Origin: a bacterium
GTDB lineage: Bacteria; J088; JAWLBW01
Direction: 5' to 3'
Assembly: GCA_041690355.1 (NCBI GenBank)
Contig: JAWLHK010000003.1
Coordinates: 109,428-173,427 of the forward strand
Length of the DNA stretch: 64,000 nt
Both the position numbers and the translations under genes were made by a program. Position 1 is the stretch's first letter. Every line of letters begins with the position of its first letter. The notes below the pieces were generated by a model that was not told the DNA's origin, ran no database searches, and was given only the letters and a program-made list of their open reading frames with translations. Shown here in pieces: positions 35,840 to 48,281 of this stretch.

Positions 35840-37075
35840 ATGAGTGAAGGAATTCTCGAACTGTCCGAAGTCGAACGCAACGTTCAGCAGATGATGCACT
35901 TCTTTGCGGAATCGGAAATGCGGCCGATCGCCGAGAAGCATGACCGCGAAGAGACGATGCCGTGGGAGCTCATGGAGAAGGCCCAGATGTTCGGTCTGAG
36001 CCAGACCGCGCTGCTCGACGCCGCGCAGGGGGGCGGGCCGAAAGAGCTCCAGCAGGCCGAAGAAGGGGGCGACACGAAGAAGAAAGAGCGCTTCACGACC
36101 CGCATCTCGGTCATCGGCGCCGAAGAAATGTCCTGGGGGTGCGCCGGGCTCAGCCTCGCGCTCACCGGCTCGGGCCTGGCCGCGACGCCGGTCGCCCAGA
36201 TGGGCACGCCCGAGCAGAAAGAGTTCTTCAAGGAGTGCATGACCGGCAAGGACGAGCACGGCCACGTGAAGATCGCCGCCATGGCCCTCAGCGAGCCGCC
36301 GACGGGGAGCGACATCTCGTCGCTGTCGACCACGGCGCGTAAGGACGGCGATCACTACGTCCTTAACGGCTCGAAGCAGTGGATCACCAACGGCAAGAGC
36401 GCGGCGGTCTATGTCGTGTGGGCGCAGACGGACAAGTCACTGGGGCGCGCTGGCGTGCGCGGGTTCGTCGTGGGGCGCGGCACGCCGGGACTCATCCCCG
36501 GCAAGAAGGAAGTGAAGCTCGGCATCCGCGCTTCGGAGACCGCCCAGGTGCACTTCGAAGATTGCCGCGTGCACAAGTCGATGATGCTCGGGGGCGAAGA
36601 GCTCGCCAAGAAGGGGCTCAAGGGCACCAAGGCCATGCTCGACTCGACGCGCCCCATCGTGGGCGCCCAGGCGGTCGGCATTGCCCGTGCGGCCTACGAG
36701 TACATTCTCGAGTACGCGAAGAACACCGAGTATCGCGGGAAGCCGCTCATCGCCTACCAGAACGTCGGCTTCCTGATCGCCGAGATGGCCATGTCGATCG
36801 AATCGAGCCGCGCGCTCGTGCGAAAATCGGCGTGGATGTCAGACCAGGGGATCGCGAACGTGACGTACGCCTCGATGGCCAAGGCGCATGCCGCCAAGAC
36901 GGCCGAGTTCGTGACCTCGAACGCGGTCTCGATTCTCGGCGAAGAAGGCTGGACGCGCAAGCATCCGGTCGAAAAGTGGTACCGCGACCAGAAGATTTAC
37001 GACATCTTCGAAGGCACGGGCCAGATTCAGCGCCGCATCATCACGCGCGAGCTGAGCGGGATCAATCCGGAATAA
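35840..37075 (+). CDS. Acyl-CoA dehydrogenase
   Basis: 411 aa. 'ALSEPPTGSDISSL', 'GSKQWITNG', and 'IYDIFEGTGQIQRRIITREL' with the catalytic Glu. Confidence 0.85.
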   Translation: MSEGILELSEVERNVQQMMHFFAESEMRPIAEKHDREETMPWELMEKAQMFGLSQTALLDAAQGGGPKELQQAEEGGDTKKKERFTTRISVIGAEEMSWGCAGLSLALTGSGLAATPVAQMGTPEQKEFFKECMTGKDEHGHVKIAAMALSEPPTGSDISSLSTTARKDGDHYVLNGSKQWITNGKSAAVYVVWAQTDKSLGRAGVRGFVVGRGTPGLIPGKKEVKLGIRASETAQVHFEDCRVHKSMMLGGEELAKKGLKGTKAMLDSTRPIVGAQAVGIARAAYEYILEYAKNTEYRGKPLIAYQNVGFLIAEMAMSIESSRALVRKSAWMSDQGIANVTYASMAKAHAAKTAEFVTSNAVSILGEEGWTRKHPVEKWYRDQKIYDIFEGTGQIQRRIITRELSGINPE

Positions 37076-37077
37076 CG

Positions 37078-37115
37078 GGAAACGGGGCCGCGGCCAAGGC
37101 AGCGGCCCCGTTTCC
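37078..37115 (+). terminator. Perfect 14-bp-stem hairpin directly after the ACAD stop
   Basis: GGAAACGGGGCCGC-N10-GCGGCCCCGTTTCC. It is followed by the ATTCCTG array rather than a U-tract. Confidence 0.5.
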
Positions 37116-37164
37116 ATTCCTGATTCCTGATTCCTGATTCCTGATTCTTGATTCCTGATTCCTG
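37116..37164 (+). repeat. Heptamer tandem array (ATTCCTG, 7 units)
   Basis: ATTCCTG x4, ATTCTTG, ATTCCTG x2, read directly. Same unit as at 32652. Confidence 0.95.
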
Positions 37165-37254
37165 AGAAGCAAGGACGGGCAAGGACGAGGGGCCGCCAGA
37201 ACAGCTGCGGACCTTCCCTGTCAGGAGTCGGATAACAGGAAGCGCGCGCCGGCG

Positions 37255-37626
37255 CTAAAGGCAGCGCCCCAGGCCGAAGACGCCGAGGATGACCACGAGA
37301 ACGAGGACGCCGAGCACCAGAAGGCCGGCGTTGGACTGCGGGTGAATTTCCGCGTCGTCTGCCCTCGCCGTCTCGGCTTCGCGCTCAAAATCGACCGATT
37401 CCTGCGCAGAACCGGCGTGCTCGCCCAGACCGAGGATGGCCTCGGCCTCTTCGACGTCCTCGGGCGCCACGGCGAGGCGTACCCGCCCGTAAACCCCGCC
37501 GAACATGCGGTGCACATTCTCGTCGAGAAGCAGCGCTTCGATCCCTTCGGCTTCAAGTCGCCCACGGGCAAGGTTCGCCTGCACGCTCGATTCGTAGGTC
37601 GCGATGGTGACAAGGTCGCCGGACAT
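37255..37626 (-). CDS. DUF2007-domain protein with C-terminal TM helix
   Basis: 123 aa. 'LVTIATYESSVQANLARGRLEAEGIEALLLDEN' followed by a hydrophobic tail. Confidence 0.65.
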   Translation of the reverse strand: MSGDLVTIATYESSVQANLARGRLEAEGIEALLLDENVHRMFGGVYGRVRLAVAPEDVEEAEAILGLGEHAGSAQESVDFEREAETARADDAEIHPQSNAGLLVLGVLVLVVILGVFGLGRCL

Positions 37627-37703
37627 GATCTCAGTCTACCAGACGGGGGGCGCCGGCACCGCAGCAGCCGCGCGGGATTGGCGGCGCAGGCCCCTTGCAG
37701 AAG

Positions 37704-38363
37704 CTATTCGGGCGTGAGACTGTCGTCGGCTTCGACGCTGCGCAGGTGCCACGCTTCGTTCAGGCCGAGAACATGCCAGTGCCTGCGGCCGTGATCGTAA
37801 CGCAGCCGGTGCAGCGCCGCGTTCTTGATGCCGAAGCTGACCACCCGCTTGAGGTTCGATTCGTCTGCCCCCACGGCCATGCGCAGCAGGTGCTGCAGCA
37901 CCATCATGTGGCCGACCACGACGACGTGCCCGCGCTCTTGGGCGAAGATCGGGCGCAACAAGCGGTCGACGCGGCGCGCGACGTCGAAATAACTCTCGCC
38001 CCCGCCGATGACCCGCCGCGGGTCACCGCTGTGCAGATCGGCGAAGACACGCGGGTGCTGCCGGCGCGCCTCTTCGAAGGTCAACCCGGTCAGCACGCCG
38101 ACATCCCGTTCGCGCAGCTCCGGCCGGACCTCGACCGGCGCCCCCGTGCGTTCGCCGATGGCCCGGGCCGTGTCGGCGGCACGCACGAGGTCGGAGCTCA
38201 GAATGCGGGTCACGCCAAGCGGGGCCAGCGCATCGCCCGTAAGCGCCGCCTGCAGGCGTCCTACCGGGCTGAGGGGAATGTCGGCCTGGCTGCCGAATCG
38301 CTTCTGAGTATTGCTGACCGACTGGCCATGGCGAATCAAGGTTACATCGAGCATGTATCGCAT
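37704..38363 (-). CDS. Histidine phosphatase-family protein (PGM/CobC-like)
   Basis: 219 aa. 'LIRHGQSVSNTQKRFGS..DIPLSPVGRLQA' RHG motif and 'VVVGHMMVL'. Confidence 0.8.
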   Translation of the reverse strand: MRYMLDVTLIRHGQSVSNTQKRFGSQADIPLSPVGRLQAALTGDALAPLGVTRILSSDLVRAADTARAIGERTGAPVEVRPELRERDVGVLTGLTFEEARRQHPRVFADLHSGDPRRVIGGGESYFDVARRVDRLLRPIFAQERGHVVVVGHMMVLQHLLRMAVGADESNLKRVVSFGIKNAALHRLRYDHGRRHWHVLGLNEAWHLRSVEADDSLTPE

Positions 38364-38422
38364 TGTTCCCGAACCAAAAAAAAATCCGCCTGCGAAACCG
38401 CAGGCGGATGCGTATTGAATAG

Positions 38423-38499
<77 letters not shown>

Positions 38500-38525
38500 T
38501 ATTCTTTACGTCTGATTTCGGTATC

Positions 38526-38601
38526 TGGTGGGCGAAACAGGGCTCGAACCTGTGACCCCCGCCTTGTAAGGGCGGTGCTCTACCAGCTGAGCTATTCGCC
38601 C
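38526..38601 (-). tRNA. tRNA-Val (anticodon TAC)
   Basis: The reverse complement GGGCGAATAGCTCAGCTGGTAGAGCACCGCCCTTACAAGGCGGGGGTCACAGGTTCGAGCCCTGTTTCGCCCACCA folds as a cloverleaf. CCA is encoded. Confidence 0.95.
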
Positions 38602-38607
38602 AGAAGT

Positions 38608-38886
38608 TCAGACCTTCTGTACGGCTTCCTTGAGCTGCTTGCCCGGTTTGAACTTCGGCTGGCGCGAAGCGGGAATCGAGATCTTTTCCCGCGTCGCCGG
38701 ATTGATCCCTTCGCGCGCCGCGCGCTGCGAGGTTTCAAAACTGCCGAAGCCGACGATCGTCACCTTGTCGCCCTTCTGCAGGGTCGCGCTCACGATCTCC
38801 GTGAACGCAGCCAGAGCTCGCTCTGCGGCGGGGCGATCGAGGTTCGCTTTTTCGGCGATGGCGGCAACCAGTTCAAGACGGTTCAA
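38608..38886 (-). CDS. hup: HU-family nucleoid-associated DNA-binding protein
   Basis: Probable TTG start at 38886 giving (M)[13 protein letters not shown]... '[40 protein letters not shown]' is a canonical HU arm. The track ORF extends to 38955. Confidence 0.85.
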   Translation of the reverse strand: MNRLELVAAIAEKANLDRPAAERALAAFTEIVSATLQKGDKVTIVGFGSFETSQRAAREGINPATREKISIPASRQPKFKPGKQLKEAVQKV

Positions 38887-38981
38887 GGATTCACCCAACG
38901 AGATTCGAAATCCGGTAAAAGAATTAACTTTATCAACCTGCGGTCGCTGTGTCAAGAGAAAACAGCCCGAGCGACCGCCGT

Positions 38982-41408
<2,427 letters not shown>

Positions 41409-41489
41409 TCATCCTCAGCTGGTAAACTGCTGTTTCTCCTGCCCCGGCGCGCCCGGAAGCGCCCTGGGAATGGCGCAGAAGCGGGATAC

Positions 41490-41519
41490 ATTATAGACAC
41501 ACCCAAACTGCGCCCGCAA
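41490..41519 (-). promoter_or_regulatory. Candidate sigma70-type lon promoter (TTGCGG-N18-TATAAT)
   Basis: Perfect TATAAT on the minus strand at 41490-41495, about 80 nt upstream of the lon ATG. The -35 is weak. Motif match only. Confidence 0.3.
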
Positions 41520-41795
41520 ACGAATCCGGCCAAAAACGACGCACCCAAGAAACGGCGCGAATCCGCTTGACAAGCGGCCCCTCACTAAGAAGGCCGCTTC
41601 GCCATGTATCTCGCACCAATATCGCAGCGCACACGACAGCAGACCGATCCAGGAGCCGCGACCGCGCATGACGGACTGTCTTCACCTGGAATCCGCCTCT
41701 TTTCCCCCAACGTTACCCCGACCCGGATCCCAGGGCAACCGGATGCGCCCGGACGGATGCTGGAACACGGAGCGGGACCACGGGTTGCCCGGCGC

Positions 41796-42053
41796 CTACC
41801 CGGCGGCCAGTAACGGCGTCAGTTTTCCGGCTCGATCGAGCGCGACCATGTCGTCGTATCCGCCGATGGGTTGATCGTTGATGAAAATCTGCGGAACCGT
41901 GCGCATCCGGGTGATCTCGACAAGGCGCATGCGTGCGTCGTGATCGCCGCTGACGTCGACCTCCTGAAAGGTTACCCCGCGAGCCTTCAGGAACTCTTTC
42001 GCTCTGGTGCAGTAGGGACAGTACGATGTAGTATAAATCTTTACGTCGGCCAT
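41796..42053 (-). CDS. grxC: Glutaredoxin (Grx3-type)
   Basis: ATG 42053. 85 aa: 'MADVKIYTTSYCPYCTRAKEFL..TVPQIFINDQPIGGYDD'. The upstream part of the track ORF is a shadow. Confidence 0.9.
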   Translation of the reverse strand: MADVKIYTTSYCPYCTRAKEFLKARGVTFQEVDVSGDHDARMRLVEITRMRTVPQIFINDQPIGGYDDMVALDRAGKLTPLLAAG

Positions 42054-42132
42054 GCGAGTTATTATACCCCTGCTCCCACGCGGCGGGAGCAAAACGGCAC
42101 CGAACACGCGCGGCGGCATTTTCAGAGACCGC

Positions 42133-43968
42133 ATGGCCCGATTCTTCTTCCTGCTTGCCCTGTTTACCGCACTGACCGCCTGCGCGGATGTCTGCCGGGC
42201 TCCGGCGCTCGCCCCCGGGCTCACCGTGTTTCCCCATCCCGACTTTCTGACGGCAGACGAGTCGGGTACAGGCCTGCGGGGCAGGATTCCGGCTCCATAC
42301 AGGCCGGCAGCCATCTTCGAAAGCGCATTCGAGCGCGTCGACGGCTTCAGCACGACCGGGCCCCTGTTCGTGAACCGCTCTTTTGCAGCCGCCTGGTTCG
42401 GGACCGTCGGGCCGCTCCGGTTCAATCTCTATGACGGTGTCAGCGGCACGCCGGTCGCAGCCGAGTCCTTCCGCAACGACGCCCGCGACATCGCGGGAAT
42501 CCTGCCGGTGCATCCCTTGAAGGCCGGGCACGACTACTGGTTCGAAATCAGCGTCTCCGGAAAGGCACCCTGCGATACCGAGGGCCCCCACGTCGTTACC
42601 GGCGAATGGCCCGGCTCGCGACGGCTCCCCACCCGTATCCGCGCACGGCTCGACAGCAACCGGCGCACCGTGCTCGTACCCTTTCGCACCCAGCAGAGCC
42701 GCAACCTTCTTGCCGATGCGGCCTCACTGCTCGACAGAAGCGCCACGCCACGGGTCTTGAACGCCCGGCCCTATGCGGCCCTGACCACGGCCGGCGAGCC
42801 GAATCCCGACCTCTTCGGCGACGCCCCGCCGCTCATCGACGGGTTGCGCTACGGTTCGCGCCCGTGGGCCCCGCTCGAGCGGATAGGCCGGGTCGTGATC
42901 GGCGAGATCGAGACGGCAGAGTTGCGTCACGACGGGGCGCTCCGGGACGACACCTTGCGGGAACATGAACGCCGGCGGCTCGGCTACATCCTGACGCTCC
43001 CGCACATGAGCGCTCGCGTCACCGGGCCGGTAAACCTCGGGGGGCGGGTTCCCCTCGTGCTCTTCAGCCACCCGTTGCGCGCCTGCAAGGAGACGATTTT
43101 CAGTATCGCCGATACGCTTTCGGGATACGGCTTCGCGGTCGCGGCCATTGATCACGTCGAACACGGCAGCCGGCGATCGGTTCAGGTCTCGGAATATGTA
43201 TGCGGCGAATCGACGCCGTGGGGATTTTTCGCCGGCGACCCCGAAACGCTCCGTGACAACCTGCGCGCTTCGGCGCTCGATCTCTACCAGCTCAAGCTCG
43301 CCTTGCAGCGGGCGCATGCGCCCCTGTTCGACTTCAACGCCGACGGCGCGGTCGATTTCGATGCCGAGCACCCCGCCGTCGTCGCCATCAGCCTCGGGAG
43401 TATCGTGGCTGCGCTGCTGGTTTCCGTCAGCCCCGACGTCGAAGTCGCCGTCTTCAATACCCTGCTCGGCAGCAGCGTGGGGATGCTCGAGACCGTGGAC
43501 GACGGCGCGGGCGACTACGCGCTGCCGCTGCCGGGCGACATCGCCACGTTGAACGTGGCACTCGTACAGACGGTCGCCGAGGCGGCCGATCCGCTCGCCT
43601 ACACCGATGCGCTGCGCGGGCGCCGGCTCGATCTCCTGCTGCAGGAAGCGGTCGACGACGCCGTCGTTCCCAACGAGTCGACCGAACGCTTCGCCCGGGC
43701 GCTGGGGGCCGTTCAGATAGAACCGGTCTATCGGCCGGTTGCCGGACTGACGCGCGCCACGGCACCCCATCGTCCCGAAGGCCGGCATCAGTCGACCCGG
43801 GCCCTGGTGCAGGTCGAGCCGGCCAACCACTCGTTTCTCCTCCTGCCGAAGGACCCGGCCATCCTGGAGCCCGCCCGGATGCAGGTCGGCTACTTTCTCT
43901 GGTCTCACTATGCACTGGGGAGAGGCGTGGTACAACCGTTTCCGTGGCCGATCGACGACGGCCCCTGA
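42133..43968 (+). CDS. Hypothetical lipoprotein, alpha/beta-hydrolase-like C-terminal half
   Basis: ATG 42133 (MARFFFLLALFTALTAC). 'VLFSHPL..GYGFAVAAIDHVEHG' and 'VVAISLGSIVA' (GxSxG-like). A distant paralogue lies at 57998-60007. Confidence 0.55.
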   Translation: MARFFFLLALFTALTACADVCRAPALAPGLTVFPHPDFLTADESGTGLRGRIPAPYRPAAIFESAFERVDGFSTTGPLFVNRSFAAAWFGTVGPLRFNLYDGVSGTPVAAESFRNDARDIAGILPVHPLKAGHDYWFEISVSGKAPCDTEGPHVVTGEWPGSRRLPTRIRARLDSNRRTVLVPFRTQQSRNLLADAASLLDRSATPRVLNARPYAALTTAGEPNPDLFGDAPPLIDGLRYGSRPWAPLERIGRVVIGEIETAELRHDGALRDDTLREHERRRLGYILTLPHMSARVTGPVNLGGRVPLVLFSHPLRACKETIFSIADTLSGYGFAVAAIDHVEHGSRRSVQVSEYVCGESTPWGFFAGDPETLRDNLRASALDLYQLKLALQRAHAPLFDFNADGAVDFDAEHPAVVAISLGSIVAALLVSVSPDVEVAVFNTLLGSSVGMLETVDDGAGDYALPLPGDIATLNVALVQTVAEAADPLAYTDALRGRRLDLLLQEAVDDAVVPNESTERFARALGAVQIEPVYRPVAGLTRATAPHRPEGRHQSTRALVQVEPANHSFLLLPKDPAILEPARMQVGYFLWSHYALGRGVVQPFPWPIDDGP

Positions 43969-44095
43969 CACGCGAAAGCAGCCGTTCTGACTTGCGTTTT
44001 CGGCCCCGGAGCGTTACAACGTAATATTCTGCCCGAAGCGTGCCTCCCGGCATTGCGGTCCTTGGGCTCCCTCTCATTCCAAAAGGGATTTTTTC

Positions 44096-45361
<1,266 letters not shown>

Positions 45362-45371
45362 CCGGTACCTG

Positions 45372-45397
45372 AACGGGCGCTCTGCGGAGCGCCCGTT
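45372..45397 (+). terminator. Hairpin terminator candidate after gltA
   Basis: AACGGGCGCTC-TGCG-GAGCGCCCGTT (11-bp stem), 10 nt after the stop. Only a short T run (TTT) follows. Confidence 0.5.
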
Positions 45398-45432
45398 TCC
45401 GCATCCGGCCCCGATTCGGCCCCCGACACGCC

Positions 45433-46272
45433 ATGCAGATCATCGATTTTGACGCCGCCGGCATCCGCCTGCAGGCCGTCGTTCGAGGCGACTCCGCCCG
45501 ACCGGCCGTCCTGTTCCTGCACGGCTTTGCCGACCAGGCGCGGTCCTGGGATTTCACGCTCGATCTTCTCGCCGATCGATATTTCGCGATTGCCCTCGAC
45601 TTCCGCGGCTTCGGCCGCTCTGCTTGGGCCCCCGACGGCGTCTATCACTTTCCCGAATATCAGCTCGACGTGAGCGCGCTCGTCCGCCACCTTAGGCTGC
45701 GCGAAATCGCGATCGTCGGTCACAGCATGGGGGGCAACGTGGCCACCCAGTGGGCTGCGCTCTATCCCGACGCCGTGCGCAGGCTCGTGCTCGTCGAAGG
45801 CTTCGGCCCCCCCGCGCGCAGCCCCGACGAGCTCCCGCGACGCACCGCCACGTGGGTCGAAGCGGTGCTCGGCGGAGAACGGCGCCACCCGCGCGTCATG
45901 GCCTCGCTCGACGAGGTCGCGGCGCGCCTGCAGGAGACCAGCGAACGCCTGACCGACGGGCGCGCACTGCACCTGGCCGAACACGCGAGCCGGAAGGTCG
46001 ACGGCGGATTTACCTGGACCTTCGATCCGGCGCACCGCCGCCCCAATCCCCTCCCCTACATGGACGACACCTTCGTTCCGTTCTGGAAAGGAGTGCGCGC
46101 CCCCGTGCTCGCCGTTCACGGCGACGCCGGGCCGTTCACCTTCGAGGCCCTGGCCGACCGCTATGCGCACATCGGCGCACTCTCGCGCCGCACCGTACCC
46201 GATGCCGGACACAACGTGCACTGGGATCAGCCCGAAGCGCTCGCGCGGATGCTCTCCGAATTCCTCGACTGA
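45433..46272 (+). CDS. Alpha/beta-fold hydrolase
   Basis: 279 aa. 'VLFLHGFADQARSWD', 'IVGHSMGGNVA' (GxSxG), and a C-terminal 'DAGHNVH'. Confidence 0.8.
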   Translation: MQIIDFDAAGIRLQAVVRGDSARPAVLFLHGFADQARSWDFTLDLLADRYFAIALDFRGFGRSAWAPDGVYHFPEYQLDVSALVRHLRLREIAIVGHSMGGNVATQWAALYPDAVRRLVLVEGFGPPARSPDELPRRTATWVEAVLGGERRHPRVMASLDEVAARLQETSERLTDGRALHLAEHASRKVDGGFTWTFDPAHRRPNPLPYMDDTFVPFWKGVRAPVLAVHGDAGPFTFEALADRYAHIGALSRRTVPDAGHNVHWDQPEALARMLSEFLD

Positions 46273-46407
46273 TCGCAGAAGCGAAGCGAGGCCCGTTGCG
46301 CCGCCGCAGATGCCGGAGAGGCGCCGCCGGGCGGGGCTGCGCATCCCGTTCGCCCGGAGCCGCATGCGGCGCAGCGCGGGAGTATGGTGACCGCGAGGGA
46401 GGTCAAC

Positions 46408-46728
46408 ATGGCAACGACAGAAGGAACCGTGTCGCCGCAGTTGGGCGACAGTCGCGAGGGCTGGGCCGAGTCGTCGCGCGTGAGGGCGGCCGCGCTGCTC
46501 GGAGTGGCGGGCGGCATGGGGCTGGGGCTTGCGGCCGGCGCCTGGCTGCAGGATCGGCGCAGCGCAAAGCGGCAATCCAGTTTTCCGCTCTCGGAACGCT
46601 CGACCGAGCAGCTCTTCGGGTATCCGATGGATCTCGGGGAGTACGACGACGAACTGAGCGACGAGCAGCTCTTCATCGTCGTCGATGAAAGTGACGACGA
46701 CTTGCGCGGCGACGGACGGGAGAGCTAG
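46408..46728 (+). CDS. Hypothetical single-pass membrane protein with acidic tail
   Basis: ATG 46408 with GGGAGG 6 nt upstream. GC3-rich frame; one Gly/Ala TM segment. No family recognised. Confidence 0.4.
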   Translation: MATTEGTVSPQLGDSREGWAESSRVRAAALLGVAGGMGLGLAAGAWLQDRRSAKRQSSFPLSERSTEQLFGYPMDLGEYDDELSDEQLFIVVDESDDDLRGDGRES

Positions 46729-46730
46729 GC

Positions 46731-47135
46731 ATGGCCCGGCACGACGCCCGGCACGCCCCGGGGGGAAGGCCGCAGGATCCGCGTTCGGTCAAACACGCCG
46801 GCTACGACGAGTGGACGGTCGCCGCCGTTGCGGCTGCCCTCGCCGTGCTCGGCATCGGCGTGCTGATCGGTGCCCTGGCCCGCAGCGCAACGATTCTCTT
46901 CGTGACGCTCGTGATCGCGGGCCTGCTGTTTCTTTCGCCCTTTCTGCGCGGCGCCATGCTCGCGTCGCAGCGGCGGCGCTCCATCGATCAGCAGTGGATC
47001 CACGGCAAGCCGCCGCAACCGAGGCGCCGCCTGCGCCGCAAGCGGCCGGTTCATGCCGAAGCGGCCCACGAACCCGCCCCGGGCGGGCGACGGCATGCCG
47101 AAGATCTGGAGCAGGAAACCGATCGCAACCGGTGA
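46731..47135 (+). CDS. Hypothetical two-TM membrane protein with Arg-rich tail
   Basis: 134 aa. GC3-rich frame, starting 2 nt after the previous stop. No family recognised. Confidence 0.4.
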   Translation: MARHDARHAPGGRPQDPRSVKHAGYDEWTVAAVAAALAVLGIGVLIGALARSATILFVTLVIAGLLFLSPFLRGAMLASQRRRSIDQQWIHGKPPQPRRRLRRKRPVHAEAAHEPAPGGRRHAEDLEQETDRNR

Positions 47136-47157
47136 GCACGCTCCGGAAACCCACGCT

Positions 47158-47649
47158 TCAGGGAGCCACGGCGTCGAAGAGCTCGACCTCGCCCCCGAGG
47201 TAAACGTGCCCGGCCGCGAGCAGCGCCTGGACGCCGGCATGCGCCGCGTCGTCGGTACCGAAAATGCGCCGGGCCTCTTTCGGCTTGAAGGGGATCCACT
47301 TATCGGTCACGCGGAGCACGCCTACGTCGCGTCCGTCGGGGGTCACGAGGGTTACGTCATCGGCAATCTGCACGTTGCATACCCGCTCGTCGGTCAGGCG
47401 CAGGACAATGGGCATCCGCGGCAATTCGGGCGCCGCCCCTTCGACCACGCGATCGTACTCCTCGCGTCCCATGAAGCCGCGCAGCCCCAGGCACCCGGCG
47501 CCGATCATGGCGAGCACGGCCGCCTCTTCGGGCCGCAGGGCGAGTTTCTTGAGAAAGACCGCGCGCGCGCGCAGCGCTTCGGCTGCTTCGCCGGTCAGAT
47601 ACCGACCCTTGCCGGCCGGCAGATCGAGAATCATCGTCGACATCGTCAT
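47158..47649 (-). CDS. Stand-alone PUA-like domain of ATP sulfurylase (PUA_2-type); no catalytic domain
   Basis: ~160 aa. '[79 protein letters not shown]' aligns by eye to sulfurylase N-domains. ATG 47649 overlaps the cysC stop; ATG 47643 has a better-spaced GGAGGA. Confidence 0.65.
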   Translation of the reverse strand: MTMSTMILDLPAGKGRYLTGEAAEALRARAVFLKKLALRPEEAAVLAMIGAGCLGLRGFMGREEYDRVVEGAAPELPRMPIVLRLTDERVCNVQIADDVTLVTPDGRDVGVLRVTDKWIPFKPKEARRIFGTDDAAHAGVQALLAAGHVYLGGEVELFDAVAP

Positions 47650-48281
47650 TCCTCCACCAATGTGCGCCGGGCTCGCAGAAGCACGTCGCGGATTTCCTGT
47701 TCCTGTTCGGGTGTCAGCGGTTCGAGCCCGGCCCGCGACGGCTCCAGGTACCCAAGCAGTTCTGCCGCGCGGATGATCTTGGTCGCCCCGAGGGCGACGG
47801 AGTCGCGACCGTCGGAGTTTACGATCACCTCGGGCGCTTCGGGGGCCTCGTAGGGATCGCTGACCCCCGTGAAGTGCGGTATTTCTCCGGCCATCGCTTT
47901 CCGGTACAGCCCCTTCACGTCGCGCGCTGAGACTGCATCGAGTCCCGCCGCTGCATAGACCTCGAGAAAGTTGCCGTCGAGGTGCATGGCGCGCACCTCG
48001 GCGCGCAGCGTGCGATAGGGGCTGATGGCCGCCGCAATGGCGATGACCTCGTTGCGGGCGAGCAGGTCGCAGACAAACCCGATTCGCAGGACATTGGTCT
48101 CGCGGTCTTCACGCGAGAAACCGAGCCCCCGGCTCAGGTGCGTACGCACGGCGTCGCCGTCGAGCACCTCGACCTTGCGTTCGCCCCGGTCGGCGAGCCG
48201 ACGCACCAGCTCGGCGCTCAAGGTGGACTTTCCGGAGCCCGACAGGCCGGTGAACCAGACGGTGAATCCCTTGCGGATCAT
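47646..48281 (-). CDS. cysC: Adenylyl-sulfate (APS) kinase
   Basis: 211 aa. '[17 protein letters not shown]', '[21 protein letters not shown]', plus a ~30-aa C-terminal extension. Confidence 0.9.
   Translation of the reverse strand: MIRKGFTVWFTGLSGSGKSTLSAELVRRLADRGERKVEVLDGDAVRTHLSRGLGFSREDRETNVLRIGFVCDLLARNEVIAIAAAISPYRTLRAEVRAMHLDGNFLEVYAAAGLDAVSARDVKGLYRKAMAGEIPHFTGVSDPYEAPEAPEVIVNSDGRDSVALGATKIIRAAELLGYLEPSRAGLEPLTPEQEQEIRDVLLRARRTLVEE

Noticed and set aside
32652-37164. Considered whether the heptamer arrays or the 60121-60307 repeats could be a CRISPR array.
   Set aside because: The units are 7 nt with no spacers. The 69-nt repeat has only 2.5 copies, and its 'spacer' is itself a repeat fragment. 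No cas genes are in the window.
41563-41597. A perfect palindrome CCGCTTG-A-CAAGCGG and adjacent GCGGCC..GGCCGC hairpin upstream of lon, as a possible heat-shock operator.
   Set aside because: It matches no operator consensus I know (not CIRCE, not HAIR). It could equally be the terminator of the upstream grx gene, and a single occurrence is insufficient evidence.
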